IMG/VR virus record: IMGVR_UViG_3300045988_014135
Direction: 5' to 3' (one strand)
From: a virus
Taxonomy: Duplodnaviria; Heunggongvirae; Uroviricota; Caudoviricetes
Length of the DNA: 44,178 nt
Part shown: positions 1 to 8,769 of the stretch, piece by piece
Numbering within the stretch: position 1 is the first letter of the stretch
How the letters are laid out: every line of letters begins with the position of its first letter
The notes under the pieces: generated by a model
Database searches by the model: none
What the model was told of the DNA's origin: nothing
What the model saw: the letters and a program-made list of their open reading frames with translations, nothing else
Made by a program: the position numbers and the translations under genes

Positions 1-143
1 GTAACCGCCGCAGGTGCGGCTACAGTAGCTGACTTTTTAACGCCACCAACTACGCTGGTAGTAGCAGGCGTGACTGGGATATCAAAGTCGCCGAAATCGA
101 CATTCTGAAGGCTGCGCGGCAAGCCTTTTCCGGTCTTGGCCAT
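1..143 (-). CDS. structural protein, N-terminal fragment (gene runs off the window start)
   Basis: Minus-strand ATG at 143-141 (MAKTGKGLPRSLQNVDFGDF...) open to position 1; directly downstream of the capsid gene in the leftward operon; partial. Confidence 0.4.
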   Translation of the reverse strand, partial: MAKTGKGLPRSLQNVDFGDFDIPVTPATTSVVGGVKKSATVAAPAAV

Positions 144-202
144 AATTTACCTCTTAGTAAATGAAAAGAGGGACCGAAGTCCCTCTCGATTATATCTTAA
201 CC

Positions 203-1252
203 TTAAGCACCGACGCCAGTTACCAGGAAGGCAATAGGTACATGCTTACGGTCAACAACACGGTTCCAGTTGGAGGCGTTCGCCAGGTCCTGCCAGGAAG
301 CAGAGCGGGCGATAGTCTCGGTCCCGTTGCCAGTGATTACCGCGCTGGTGAAGCTGTAACCAAACGGATGCAGCAACCAGGTCTTACGGGTCCACAGGGT
401 TTCAACGCCACCACCGTTACCACGAGACGCTTCGCGTTCGTATTCCAGCGGGTTAGACGGGTTGCCCTCGCCGTAACCGATAGCACCGTTACCGAAGATG
501 ATGGAGATGAACTTACGGCTCGGGCTGGGGCCGACTACGGTCATGCTGTCGTCAACAATCACGCGGTAGCCCTGGTAAGTAGCAAACATGGTGTTGTTAT
601 CGGCGTCGCGGATGAAGTCGATAAGCTGCTGTTTACGTGCCTGCGCATATACGAAGCTGTGCATCGCGATAGCGCCCAACACTTCACCGCCGTTGCCCAT
701 CAGCGCATCACCCATAGTCTGGGTAGCGTCGATGAACGCGCCTGCGTCGAAGCCCAGAGTAGCGGACACGTCGATTACCATGTCATTCTGCTCGTGGTAA
801 GCATCGGTGGCGGCTACGTTGTCGTTGTACAGACCGAGCGCGGTAGCAATCAGACGGCGTTGTGCCTGACGCTGCCAGAAGTTATCCAGACGGGACGCTA
901 CGGATTGCAGCGGGTTCTGGCTGGTCAGTTCAACAGTCAAATCCGCCTGGCCGAAACCTTCGTTCAGGTAAGCTACGCGAACGTCCATCTCACCGGTTTG
1001 CACGTTACGCGGGGTGGCGACGTCCTGATATACATCGTTCGAGTAGTTCGGCTCGATAGAGGTATCAATCGCTTTCCAGTACGGCAGAACAGCTTTGTTG
1101 GACGGGCCGTTTGCGATAGCGGCGGCGTACGGAGTCTGGGTCAGAATACCTGACTGGAAGAACGCGGTTTTCTCTACCGGGTCCTCTGTCATGTAAGACA
1201 GAATGACCGATTCTTTACCAGTTACGATATCGCCGATAGTAGTAATTGCCAT
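203..1252 (-). CDS. major capsid protein (candidate)
   Basis: 349 aa ORF directly downstream of the scaffold gene, stop/start overlap at 1252; position and size typical of a major capsid protein; no motif verified. Confidence 0.65.
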   Translation of the reverse strand: MAITTIGDIVTGKESVILSYMTEDPVEKTAFFQSGILTQTPYAAAIANGPSNKAVLPYWKAIDTSIEPNYSNDVYQDVATPRNVQTGEMDVRVAYLNEGFGQADLTVELTSQNPLQSVASRLDNFWQRQAQRRLIATALGLYNDNVAATDAYHEQNDMVIDVSATLGFDAGAFIDATQTMGDALMGNGGEVLGAIAMHSFVYAQARKQQLIDFIRDADNNTMFATYQGYRVIVDDSMTVVGPSPSRKFISIIFGNGAIGYGEGNPSNPLEYEREASRGNGGGVETLWTRKTWLLHPFGYSFTSAVITGNGTETIARSASWQDLANASNWNRVVDRKHVPIAFLVTGVGA

Positions 1253-1956
1253 TATTTTTTCCTCAGGGCTTTAAGTTGCCGTTCAAATTCGGCAGGGTTC
1301 GATTCGTACAGAGCGATACGCTCCGCTTCACTCATGTCTTTAAACGCTGGTGCGGCCCCGCCGCCTTTGCTACCGGAAGCCCCGCCGCCGGAAGCTGCAT
1401 TTGCTTTAATCAAATGCGAAAACGCTTTGTGTTCGCGCAGGTACTTGCGGAACTGTTCCGGGTCAGTTGTGATTACGTTGCCGTCTGCACCAACAAACTT
1501 AGTAACCACGTCATCGCCTTCAAACTCAGTCTTAACGAACGGAGCAAGAATGTCTACTGCTTCCGGTGTGATGAAATCACCTGCGAAAGAGCCTAACACC
1601 GCTTTACGTTCGCTGCCGAGGATGCGCTCTGCCATTTTGGAGATGCGACCATCTTTCTCGGCTAACACCGGGTCATACTGGCTACGAATCGTCTTTTCGA
1701 ACTCGTCCATCTTACCGGCGGCTTTTAGCGCCTCCTGGTGCGCGCGCTGACGTTCCTCTTCGGCCTCTCTTGCTTTACGAGCGGCTTCTTTCTTCTCGTT
1801 CAGCAATGCTTCCTGGTTAGCCTTAAGCCCGGCAACTTCTTTCTCAATCAGCGCCTGCACTTCTTCGGCTGTGTACATTTTAGGAGCGTCACCGCCACCT
1901 GATTTATCTTCTGCCCCAGCTTCTTCCTGGAGCGGATAACGTAAAAAACGATTCAT
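1252..1956 (-). CDS. head scaffolding protein
   Basis: Charged, Ala/Glu/Lys-rich coiled-coil-like protein upstream of the capsid gene; start set at internal ATG 1956 (MNRFLRYP...) with a purine-rich stretch upstream; ORF track extends to 2010. Confidence 0.55.
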   Translation of the reverse strand: MNRFLRYPLQEEAGAEDKSGGGDAPKMYTAEEVQALIEKEVAGLKANQEALLNEKKEAARKAREAEEERQRAHQEALKAAGKMDEFEKTIRSQYDPVLAEKDGRISKMAERILGSERKAVLGSFAGDFITPEAVDILAPFVKTEFEGDDVVTKFVGADGNVITTDPEQFRKYLREHKAFSHLIKANAASGGGASGSKGGGAAPAFKDMSEAERIALYESNPAEFERQLKALRKK

Positions 1957-2038
1957 AGTCAGTATGTCCCCTGGACGTTGGAACCCGGGCCACCCGGATT
2001 TACATGTCAAGAATAAATTATTCCAACATGCAAGGCAA

Positions 2039-2284
2039 CTATTCCAGAATATTCCTCACATAATCCTGCAACTCGTAAACCTGCTGCCGTAGTTTTCGCC
2101 CGCAGTCAATACTCATAACATCAGCAGACAGGTCTTCGTCAGCATCAGCTTTTGCGTCACTAAATTTACACGGTTCAACCATCAAAGACGCTTTCACGGG
2201 CGGCAATGTGTTCGGAGTGTATTCCGGTGCGCAGCCCGTTATCCCAATTATTACAGCCGACAGGAATAATTTATTCATGGTCAT
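2039..2284 (-). CDS. o-spanin (Rz1-like outer-membrane lipoprotein)
   Basis: N-terminal signal with lipobox LSAVIIGITGC, Pro-rich mature part with Cys residues; start overlaps the 3' end of the upstream i-spanin-like gene. Confidence 0.6.
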   Translation of the reverse strand: MTMNKLFLSAVIIGITGCAPEYTPNTLPPVKASLMVEPCKFSDAKADADEDLSADVMSIDCGRKLRQQVYELQDYVRNILE

Positions 2285-2627
2285 ATCCTGAGATGTGATT
2301 GGCGTTATCGATGGCGGCCTGTTTCAGCTTAACGCGTGCTTCATCGAAAGTGCAGACATTGCGGCCAGGCGTCCTGACGTACTTAACGACTTCCTGCGTA
2401 ATGGTTACGGTGCGGGCAGCACCCTGCTGTTCAGCGACGGCGGCACGGGTGTCGTTTTGTTGCTGCCGTTGTGTTTTCTTCGCTAGCTCCGCCTGTGCTT
2501 TCTGCTGTTGCTGCGAAACGAGATTCGCCCGGCCTTCGTTCCAGCCGCTGCGATACTGGTAGATTCCGTAGCCGTATGTCAGGAGGATGAAACATGCTCC
2601 AGCTACGACAGTTGCGTTAAGATTCAT
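2271..2627 (-). CDS. i-spanin (Rz-like)
   Basis: N-terminal TM helix (VVAGACFILLTYGYGIY) followed by a Gln/Ala-rich coiled-coil periplasmic domain; overlapped by the lipoprotein gene as in Rz/Rz1 pairs. Confidence 0.6.
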   Translation of the reverse strand: MNLNATVVAGACFILLTYGYGIYQYRSGWNEGRANLVSQQQQKAQAELAKKTQRQQQNDTRAAVAEQQGAARTVTITQEVVKYVRTPGRNVCTFDEARVKLKQAAIDNANHISGYDHE

Positions 2628-2878
2628 GTTTCCCCTTTCTCGATAAGTAAAGCCCCGCCTTAAAGCGGGGCGCTAGTCCTTATCATTTAAACATAGAAAC
2701 GGCGTAATCTCAGTAAACCAGTTACTTTTTACACAAGCAATAGAGTATGGCCCTTCCGAACGCGTCAGCGTAACTACACTCAGGACTTACGTCCCGCTCC
2801 GTTACCTGCCCGCGCCGCGGTCGCTTGCTCATACTTCACAAGCTCAGGTGGAGCTTATCATATTTTCAGTGAAAAGTC

Positions 2879-2894
2879 AACTATTCGAATAGTT
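2879..2894. repeat. perfect 16-bp palindrome AACTATTCGAATAGTT
   Basis: Read directly; lies in the 375-bp intergenic region upstream of promoter 2947..2975; half-sites match the AATAG/CTATT promoter dyad. Confidence 0.8.
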
Positions 2895-2946
2895 TATTCC
2901 AACGTTTACAATTGAGTGGAATAACTGGAATACGTAAATAAATAGT

Positions 2947-2975
2947 TTGCGCGCACCAACATAATAGGGTACTAT
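2947..2975 (+). promoter_or_regulatory. sigma70-type promoter TTGCGC-N17-TACTAT with dyad AATAGGGTACTATT
   Basis: -35 2947-2952, -10 2970-2975, 17-bp spacer; dyad 2963..2976; AGGAG RBS and ATG at 3003 follow. Confidence 0.6.
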
Positions 2976-3002
2976 TCAGTTAACTTAAACAGGAGATGAT
3001 AA

Positions 3003-3524
3003 ATGGTTACTACAGTAATTACTTTCCCTGCGTATGTAGGGGCGAAAATATGCAGGGCTAAAAATGATGTTCGCTACTATTTGAACGCTTTTTACATAGA
3101 CCCTGAAGGATTGATAGTGTCTACGGACGGTCATAGATTGTTCGGCGACAATGTGAAGACCAACGTTGAGAAAGGGACTCTCATAGACATCAAAGGGAGA
3201 GAGCCTTCTAAATTTAACTACGCGGAGGTAAACCACGACAACGGCAGTGTATCTTTCTATGACGATAATCGTGCGCTTATATGTACACTTCCGGTAGATG
3301 TTGTAGAAGGAAACTTTCCTGACTGGAGACGCGTGGCGCACATCACACCGGGTGTTGTCGATAGTATAGGGTTCACTCTGCGCTATTTGGCAGACGCGTA
3401 CAAGATTTCTAAGGCATACAAAAATGAAATTGCTCGTTTCGATTTCCAGGACCAAACCAGAGGATGCAAAATACAATTTTCAAACACGGCCTTTATGGTG
3501 TTAATGCCTGCGCGATTTAAATAA
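3003..3524 (+). CDS. truncated beta sliding clamp (DnaN) homolog, domain II plus partial domain III
   Basis: NDVRYYLNAFYIDPEGLIVSTDGHRLF matches the DnaN segment DVRYYLNG...ATDGHRLA as recalled; FPDWRRV ~ FPDYRRV; C-terminal FMVLMPARFK ~ YVVMPMRL; only 173 aa; own promoter, AGGAG RBS and terminator; opposite strand to flanking genes. Confidence 0.6.
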   Translation: MVTTVITFPAYVGAKICRAKNDVRYYLNAFYIDPEGLIVSTDGHRLFGDNVKTNVEKGTLIDIKGREPSKFNYAEVNHDNGSVSFYDDNRALICTLPVDVVEGNFPDWRRVAHITPGVVDSIGFTLRYLADAYKISKAYKNEIARFDFQDQTRGCKIQFSNTAFMVLMPARFK

Positions 3525-3528
3525 AACT

Positions 3529-3552
3529 AAGGCCCCTTACGGGGCCTTTTAT
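3529..3552. terminator. bidirectional intrinsic terminator (AAGGCCCC-TTAC-GGGGCCTT + T-run)
   Basis: 8-bp GC-rich stem, 4-nt loop, T-run on plus strand; between convergent genes 3003..3524 and 3552..4010. Confidence 0.7.
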
Positions 3553-4010
3553 CATTCTGGCTTAGTGACCTTCGCCGCTTTACTGACAGCCTCTACACCA
3601 TCGGCATCAGTAACTTTAACGAAGTATTCACCTGCTGCGTTAACCGTCAGAGACAAAGCCTCTTCCGGGACGTTTACCACTTCCTTCCCGTCTTTGTACC
3701 AGGTCAGCACATACGGCGCTTTGCCCGCCTTAACTTCGACGGTGATGGTGGCGCTACCGTCGACCAGCTCGGTGTCTTTCGGTTGCACAGAGAAATACAC
3801 ATCGCCAGCATCTGCCAGATACGGAATCTCATAAAGCATACCAGCAGCAGAGAGTGCGATACCGGTCTTGTCCGCATACGGCATCTCGTCTACAGGTGTA
3901 CCTAGTACACTTTCATCTTCAACGTAGGTTACGTTCTCACCAGAACCGGATACACGGGCGTACTGGACTACGCGACGCGACGGCACATCAGTTACTTTAA
4001 AAAAGCCCAT
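3552..4010 (-). CDS. Ig-like domain structural protein (possible head decoration)
   Basis: C-terminal pattern YVLTWYKDGKEV...EYFVKVTD resembles bacterial Ig-like domains; sits in the head module. Confidence 0.4.
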   Translation of the reverse strand: MGFFKVTDVPSRRVVQYARVSGSGENVTYVEDESVLGTPVDEMPYADKTGIALSAAGMLYEIPYLADAGDVYFSVQPKDTELVDGSATITVEVKAGKAPYVLTWYKDGKEVVNVPEEALSLTVNAAGEYFVKVTDADGVEAVSKAAKVTKPE

Positions 4011-4013
4011 AAA

Positions 4014-4637
4014 CTAAACCTCTTTCATTGAGTTAATCTTACGTAAGACGCCTTCGAAAAGGCGTGGGTCTATGCTATCGCAAAGGCCTTTGTATTCATA
4101 TGCTAATTCAATTTTTCTATGAAACCAGGCTACATGTGCCTCTTGAGCGGTTTCGTAAGCGCCTATTTGTTCAGATACACAATCCACGGATACTTGGGCG
4201 ATGAATCTTTTCTTTTGTTTATGAAAATGTACCCCAAGCGGGTGTTTGCCTCGAAGAGCGTCGTGGGCTGTGAGGAAAGTGTTAAGGGATTTGGGGATGA
4301 AAACACAGTTAGAAGCGTCATAAACCTTATTTCCTGGATTCAGTAAATCCTTATCTATCTGCCACCCAGGTACATAAAAATTATCAAACCAGACCTTGAA
4401 ATTACTGAACACCAACCAATCGTCCGACACGCGGCAGCCTATATAGGTTCTGTTTCTTTGCTGCCATTTCTTGTCGTAGCACCTCTTTAACATGTTCTTC
4501 CATCCGGCATAGGACGCTATATGCACCCCTCCGTGACTTATCGGTGAAACATCATTAATACCAACCCCAAAAACAATTCCCATATTAAATCCTATAAGAA
4601 AACCCCATGAAGATTGGTCGATGCCAGAGATAGGCAT
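4014..4637 (-). CDS. HNH homing endonuclease with AP2-like DNA-binding domain
   Basis: WKNMLKRCYD...YIGCRVSDDW...QIDKDLLNPGNKVYDASNCVFIPKSLN (HNH-type) and GVHFHKQKKRFIAQVSV...GAYETAQEAHVAW (AP2-like); free-standing between head genes; start uncertain. Confidence 0.55.
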   Translation of the reverse strand: MPISGIDQSSWGFLIGFNMGIVFGVGINDVSPISHGGVHIASYAGWKNMLKRCYDKKWQQRNRTYIGCRVSDDWLVFSNFKVWFDNFYVPGWQIDKDLLNPGNKVYDASNCVFIPKSLNTFLTAHDALRGKHPLGVHFHKQKKRFIAQVSVDCVSEQIGAYETAQEAHVAWFHRKIELAYEYKGLCDSIDPRLFEGVLRKINSMKEV

Positions 4638-4707
4638 ACCTTCATGGGGTTATATTCTTTCTCTATTTTTAGTAGTTCACCGACCAAAGCTAGCTACTAG
4701 GTATACT

Positions 4708-5751
4708 TTATACCGACCTAAGATACTCAGCAACCCTGTTGTCTAACTCCGCCATCTCCTTTAGGGTTAAAGGTCTACCAAAAGCGTCAACAGATATTAC
4801 CCGGAATTCCTCTGGTGATACCCCACTATTCCTGAATATCGCACCGCGGGTCGGCCCGAGTGCTTCGTCCACGAACCACGCCGGTTGTTGTTTCAGGAAC
4901 TCGTAGTAAGTGGTGTCTGCGCTTACCTGAGTACCTCCGTCCGCGCCCTTAGCCGCACGTTTTGCGCCTTTATCGAGGAAGTCGAACTCTGAACTGATTA
5001 CCGGGGCCGTGCACGACCGACAATTCGGATGGGCTGGGGGCATCGGCCCTTTACCAATTTCCCATGTCATTCCGTCTCTGGCTCTGCAAATCGTACTGGT
5101 ACGGCTATCCAGCGTTGATACCCATTCATATCTCTCAATGATGTCGTCGTTCTGTCGGTATGTCTCGTTACGGGCTTCGTTGGATACGTGGGACAGCGCA
5201 GTACGTATTACCGTAGCGGCGTTGCGTTCAGAGATGTCAGCCAGTCCACCTGCGCCTACGACATTCTTAACGATCTGCCGCGTGGTTTGGCCCTGAACAA
5301 AGCCCATCTTAACGCCTGTTACGAGACGTGCTACTTCCGTTTCACCCCAACCCGACATCAGCTTAGAGAAATCAACAGGCTTGTCGCTCAATGAGAGCGG
5401 TTGAAACTCGGCGGCGGCCCACACCTGTTCGGCGGTAGGCGTAACAAATTCAGCATTAACGTTGGTGGTAAGTGTCTTTACGTTCCACCCTGCTTCATAT
5501 GCCGCCAGCTCCTTAAGGTCTTCTGTCAGCTTTGTCTGCCAGTCACCTGTAAGCCCGGTCAGTGCTTCCTCAAGGTCGCGTAACAATTTATTCAGTCGCG
5601 CGGTGCTGCGACCGTCGTCGCCGAATAGCAACACCTGCCGTTTGATTTCGCCCCGCATTTCCTGAATGAACGGCGCGAGGTCTTTCACTTCACCGGATGC
5701 GGTGCGTTGCAGCCATATCTGGTGGCTGATTAGTGATGTAAGTAGTGGCAT
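4708..5751 (-). CDS. head morphogenesis protein (MuF / SPP1 gp7-like)
   Basis: 347 aa downstream of portal; conserved Cys-containing block YEWVSTLDSRTSTICRARDG typical of the family as recalled. Confidence 0.55.
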   Translation of the reverse strand: MPLLTSLISHQIWLQRTASGEVKDLAPFIQEMRGEIKRQVLLFGDDGRSTARLNKLLRDLEEALTGLTGDWQTKLTEDLKELAAYEAGWNVKTLTTNVNAEFVTPTAEQVWAAAEFQPLSLSDKPVDFSKLMSGWGETEVARLVTGVKMGFVQGQTTRQIVKNVVGAGGLADISERNAATVIRTALSHVSNEARNETYRQNDDIIERYEWVSTLDSRTSTICRARDGMTWEIGKGPMPPAHPNCRSCTAPVISSEFDFLDKGAKRAAKGADGGTQVSADTTYYEFLKQQPAWFVDEALGPTRGAIFRNSGVSPEEFRVISVDAFGRPLTLKEMAELDNRVAEYLRSV

Positions 5752-5838
5752 ATTTTATCGTCCCGATAAACAATTCGATTTAAAGGTGTCATGTATACGT
5801 ACGATACTACATTCGTTGATTAAACAGGAGGCTTAAAC

Positions 5839-6006
5839 ATGAACCACCATAAACTGATTACCGCTTTCATCAATAACGGTTGGACTGAGAAAGACGCTTT
5901 TGATGCAGCATACGCGTATAGAAACTGTGACTTGACGCTTGAAGGGGATTCTCAAGAGGATTATGACAAAGCAGTAAGAGAAGAAATGGGTTGCTGGGGG
6001 AGCTAA
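5839..6006 (+). CDS. small hypothetical protein (cassette gene)
   Basis: AGGAG RBS then ATG at 5839; 55 aa; own terminator at 6011; opposite orientation to flanking head genes. Confidence 0.4.
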   Translation: MNHHKLITAFINNGWTEKDAFDAAYAYRNCDLTLEGDSQEDYDKAVREEMGCWGS

Positions 6007-6010
6007 AACT

Positions 6011-6036
6011 AAGGCCCCATAACGGGGCCTTTTTAT
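6011..6036. terminator. bidirectional intrinsic terminator (AAGGCCCC-ATAAC-GGGGCCTT + T5)
   Basis: Hairpin plus T-run read directly; same hairpin family as 3529, 27414, 39844. Confidence 0.7.
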
Positions 6037-7506
6037 TTAATCCTGCTGCTGCGCCGCCTGCGGAATCTCTCCGGCTACCTGAGCAACAGCACCTAACGGC
6101 AGCGGCGCGTCCCCGATAGCATTCTTAATGTCCTCGTCTGTCCAGTCGGTTACACCCGCCTTGCGCAACGCAGCATAATAAGCAGTAGCGGGCAGCAAAC
6201 CTGCGTTAATATCAGCCATCCACTGAGCGCGGTCCTGGGCGGTCATCGGTTGCAGGAAGAACTCCATATTCAATTTAAACTCAACCTCTGTACCTTCACG
6301 CAACCCTAACATCGCAGCTACCCAGCGCAACGCATCTGTATACGCCATGCTTACATTACGTGCGATTGTCGCCATAACTGACGTATCCGCACCGCGTTGC
6401 AGTCTGGCCGATTCAGCGGTGATTTGCTGCGTCGGGGTGATAAGCTGCGCACCAATCTGGATGGCCTGATTCTCTTTATCCAGCATGTTCTGTTTGGCGA
6501 GGTTGTTCTCCCCCGCCTGAACCAGAAACGCATTGCCGCCGTGGCCGATGTTATGGCCCGAACGCGACCCCATACGCACGCCGTGGGGGTTGGCTTCTTT
6601 CCACTGTTCCATGCTCATATTCTCACCAGGGGCGATGAACAGAGTAGGCTGGCCAACAACGAAGCTGGACTCCTCATTGTCCGCGCTGTTGCGGAAATGC
6701 CCGATATTAAGCTCGGCCAACGGCAGCAAAGGGGCGTCGTCGATGGTCGCGTCATTGTTGCTTGCCCCAATAAAAGTGAACGGGATTTTGCCGCGTAACT
6801 GTTCGCCGAGTTCCGGGAATATTTCGATTACTTCATCCTGAGCGCCACCTTCGGCATCGAAGCGGTAAATGCGCTGGCGGTAGCGACCATCAATCAGGTC
6901 GAGAACGCGGTATTGTTCGCCGAACTTTGTTTCGAACTCTGCGCCCGGTTCTGAGTATTCCCATACCTCACGCAGCACGACCATTGTCACACGGTTAACT
7001 GAACCGACGCGGGTCAGTCGCCAGTTGATGATGTTCTCCGCGGTATAGAATGCGATGACCGGGTTTAGTAACCCTGCGTTCTGCTCGGCTGCCGTCGCTG
7101 CGGCTGTCTCCGGGGCGTCAACCAGCAACCCGCCACGTCCTACTGAGTCAATTTCCATCAGCGTGTCCTGGGCATGCTGCCACAGCCCGACACCAGAACC
7201 GTCGGCATTGCGTAACAGGTACTCCAGTTCACGAGGAATAATCTGCTCAGGGTCTTTTCTCATAACTGAGCCGACCATACCCGACAGGGTGCGCTTGGTG
7301 AAGTTGTAGCAGATAGCGCCGTTCTCGTATTCCTCCTGGCGTTGGGCGGCGTAAGTCGGGTCAGGCTCGTTCTTCCCGACGTTACGCAGGTAACGGATAA
7401 GGTCGCCTTCCAGCGCATGGCGCACCTTCTGCCATTTATCAAAGTGATGCAGCCATTCCCGGTGTTTTGTCTTAACACCTTGATTCTGACCGTTCATAGT
7501 TAACAT
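6037..7506 (-). CDS. portal protein (candidate)
   Basis: 489 aa ORF directly downstream of TerL; position and size. Confidence 0.6.
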   Translation of the reverse strand: MLTMNGQNQGVKTKHREWLHHFDKWQKVRHALEGDLIRYLRNVGKNEPDPTYAAQRQEEYENGAICYNFTKRTLSGMVGSVMRKDPEQIIPRELEYLLRNADGSGVGLWQHAQDTLMEIDSVGRGGLLVDAPETAAATAAEQNAGLLNPVIAFYTAENIINWRLTRVGSVNRVTMVVLREVWEYSEPGAEFETKFGEQYRVLDLIDGRYRQRIYRFDAEGGAQDEVIEIFPELGEQLRGKIPFTFIGASNNDATIDDAPLLPLAELNIGHFRNSADNEESSFVVGQPTLFIAPGENMSMEQWKEANPHGVRMGSRSGHNIGHGGNAFLVQAGENNLAKQNMLDKENQAIQIGAQLITPTQQITAESARLQRGADTSVMATIARNVSMAYTDALRWVAAMLGLREGTEVEFKLNMEFFLQPMTAQDRAQWMADINAGLLPATAYYAALRKAGVTDWTDEDIKNAIGDAPLPLGAVAQVAGEIPQAAQQQD

Positions 7507-7518
7507 TGAATAATCCTC

Positions 7519-8769
7519 TTAAAGTGCGAAAGTCACCGGGATGTTGATTACTGGTTTAACCACCGGCATCTCGTAAACTACAGGATAGCCCAGGGCATCT
7601 GCCATATGGTCGATGATGCCGTCTTTGGATGGCTCCCCGTTATCGTCATATGCCTGCTGCTCCAGCGTCTTCGCTATCTCAGGGCATAAGTGGTCGTTAA
7701 CCCACAGCTTACCTTTTTCCAGTGCGGTATTCACCGCTAAAACACGGTCTTTAACCGGCGGGTTGGCGGATTTAGCGCGAACATCGAACCCCGCCTGCTG
7801 TAGTAAGGCAATATCGGAGATTGACGCCGAGTTGGTTTTGCGGTTCTTGCCACTGGCGTCGGGGTAAACGACGATGCGGTGGCCTTGCGACTTCCACTTC
7901 TCGGTAATTACGCGCACGGTATCCGGCGTATCGAACAGGCCTTTCAGTTCTGCTACTGCATGCCAGCCGTCTTTACGTTGCACATACACGGCGCTGGCGT
8001 TCTTCGTAACGTTGAAGTCCTGCCCGATGTACAGCGTGTCGCCAGGTTGAATTGTCTCTTTGCTGCGGTGCTTACGGCGGTCGTATGCGTAATACACGCT
8101 GCCGGAGGTCAGGTTAACGAACTCACCGTTCAGATACGCGTTAATCAGTTGCGCGGGGTAAGTCTCTGTCAGCGAGCTGATGTAATCCGGCGGCAGGAAC
8201 CGCGCATTCTCGTGTGTGGAGGCCTGCACCATAGAGTAACTTGGCGTAGGATTCTCTTTGAACTTGGAGTAGACGAACTTGAACCCTTCCGGCGTTGTGG
8301 TGACGGAGATGTGGTTAATTACACCCGGGATAACCAGACGCATACGGGCTACGATTTTGTTCCACGCCAGTTCAGCTTTCTCGCGACTCAGTACGTCCAA
8401 CTCATCCACGACCGCCGCAGCGATTTTGAAACCAACTATCGAGCCGGGGTTATCCATCGAACGGCAGATAACCGTACCGAGCACCGTCTTACCGCGGGTA
8501 ACAACGACTTCTTTGTCGCCAGATTTAACCAGCACATCGAGGCCGAGAAGGTTAGCCGCTTCCTCGAATGTCGGGTAGAAGATGTCGCGGATGGCAGGAT
8601 ACGTCGGACCGAAGTAGCCAAGGCGCGTACCGGGGTGCTTGAGCATGAACGTAAGCAGGTCCAGACAGCCTACGAATGTCTTGCCGCTGCCGAAGCCCCC
8701 GACGTAGGCTTTGTATTTGTTATCGCAATTCAGGAACAGTGCCTGGGGCGCGGATAGCTGGATACTCAT
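7519..8769 (-). CDS. terminase large subunit
   Basis: Walker A YVGGFGSGKTF near N-terminus, acidic Walker B-like VVDELD; start overlaps TerS stop. Confidence 0.8.
   Translation of the reverse strand: MSIQLSAPQALFLNCDNKYKAYVGGFGSGKTFVGCLDLLTFMLKHPGTRLGYFGPTYPAIRDIFYPTFEEAANLLGLDVLVKSGDKEVVVTRGKTVLGTVICRSMDNPGSIVGFKIAAAVVDELDVLSREKAELAWNKIVARMRLVIPGVINHISVTTTPEGFKFVYSKFKENPTPSYSMVQASTHENARFLPPDYISSLTETYPAQLINAYLNGEFVNLTSGSVYYAYDRRKHRSKETIQPGDTLYIGQDFNVTKNASAVYVQRKDGWHAVAELKGLFDTPDTVRVITEKWKSQGHRIVVYPDASGKNRKTNSASISDIALLQQAGFDVRAKSANPPVKDRVLAVNTALEKGKLWVNDHLCPEIAKTLEQQAYDDNGEPSKDGIIDHMADALGYPVVYEMPVVKPVINIPVTFAL

Noticed and set aside
161-1153. 330-aa plus-strand ORF
   Set aside because: Antisense shadow of the capsid gene on the minus strand; no RBS and low-complexity Val/Ala/Arg-rich translation typical of reverse-frame ORFs in GC-biased coding sequence.
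7879-8757. 292-aa plus-strand ORF
   Set aside because: Lies entirely antisense within the terminase large subunit gene, which has a clear Walker A motif; treated as a shadow ORF.
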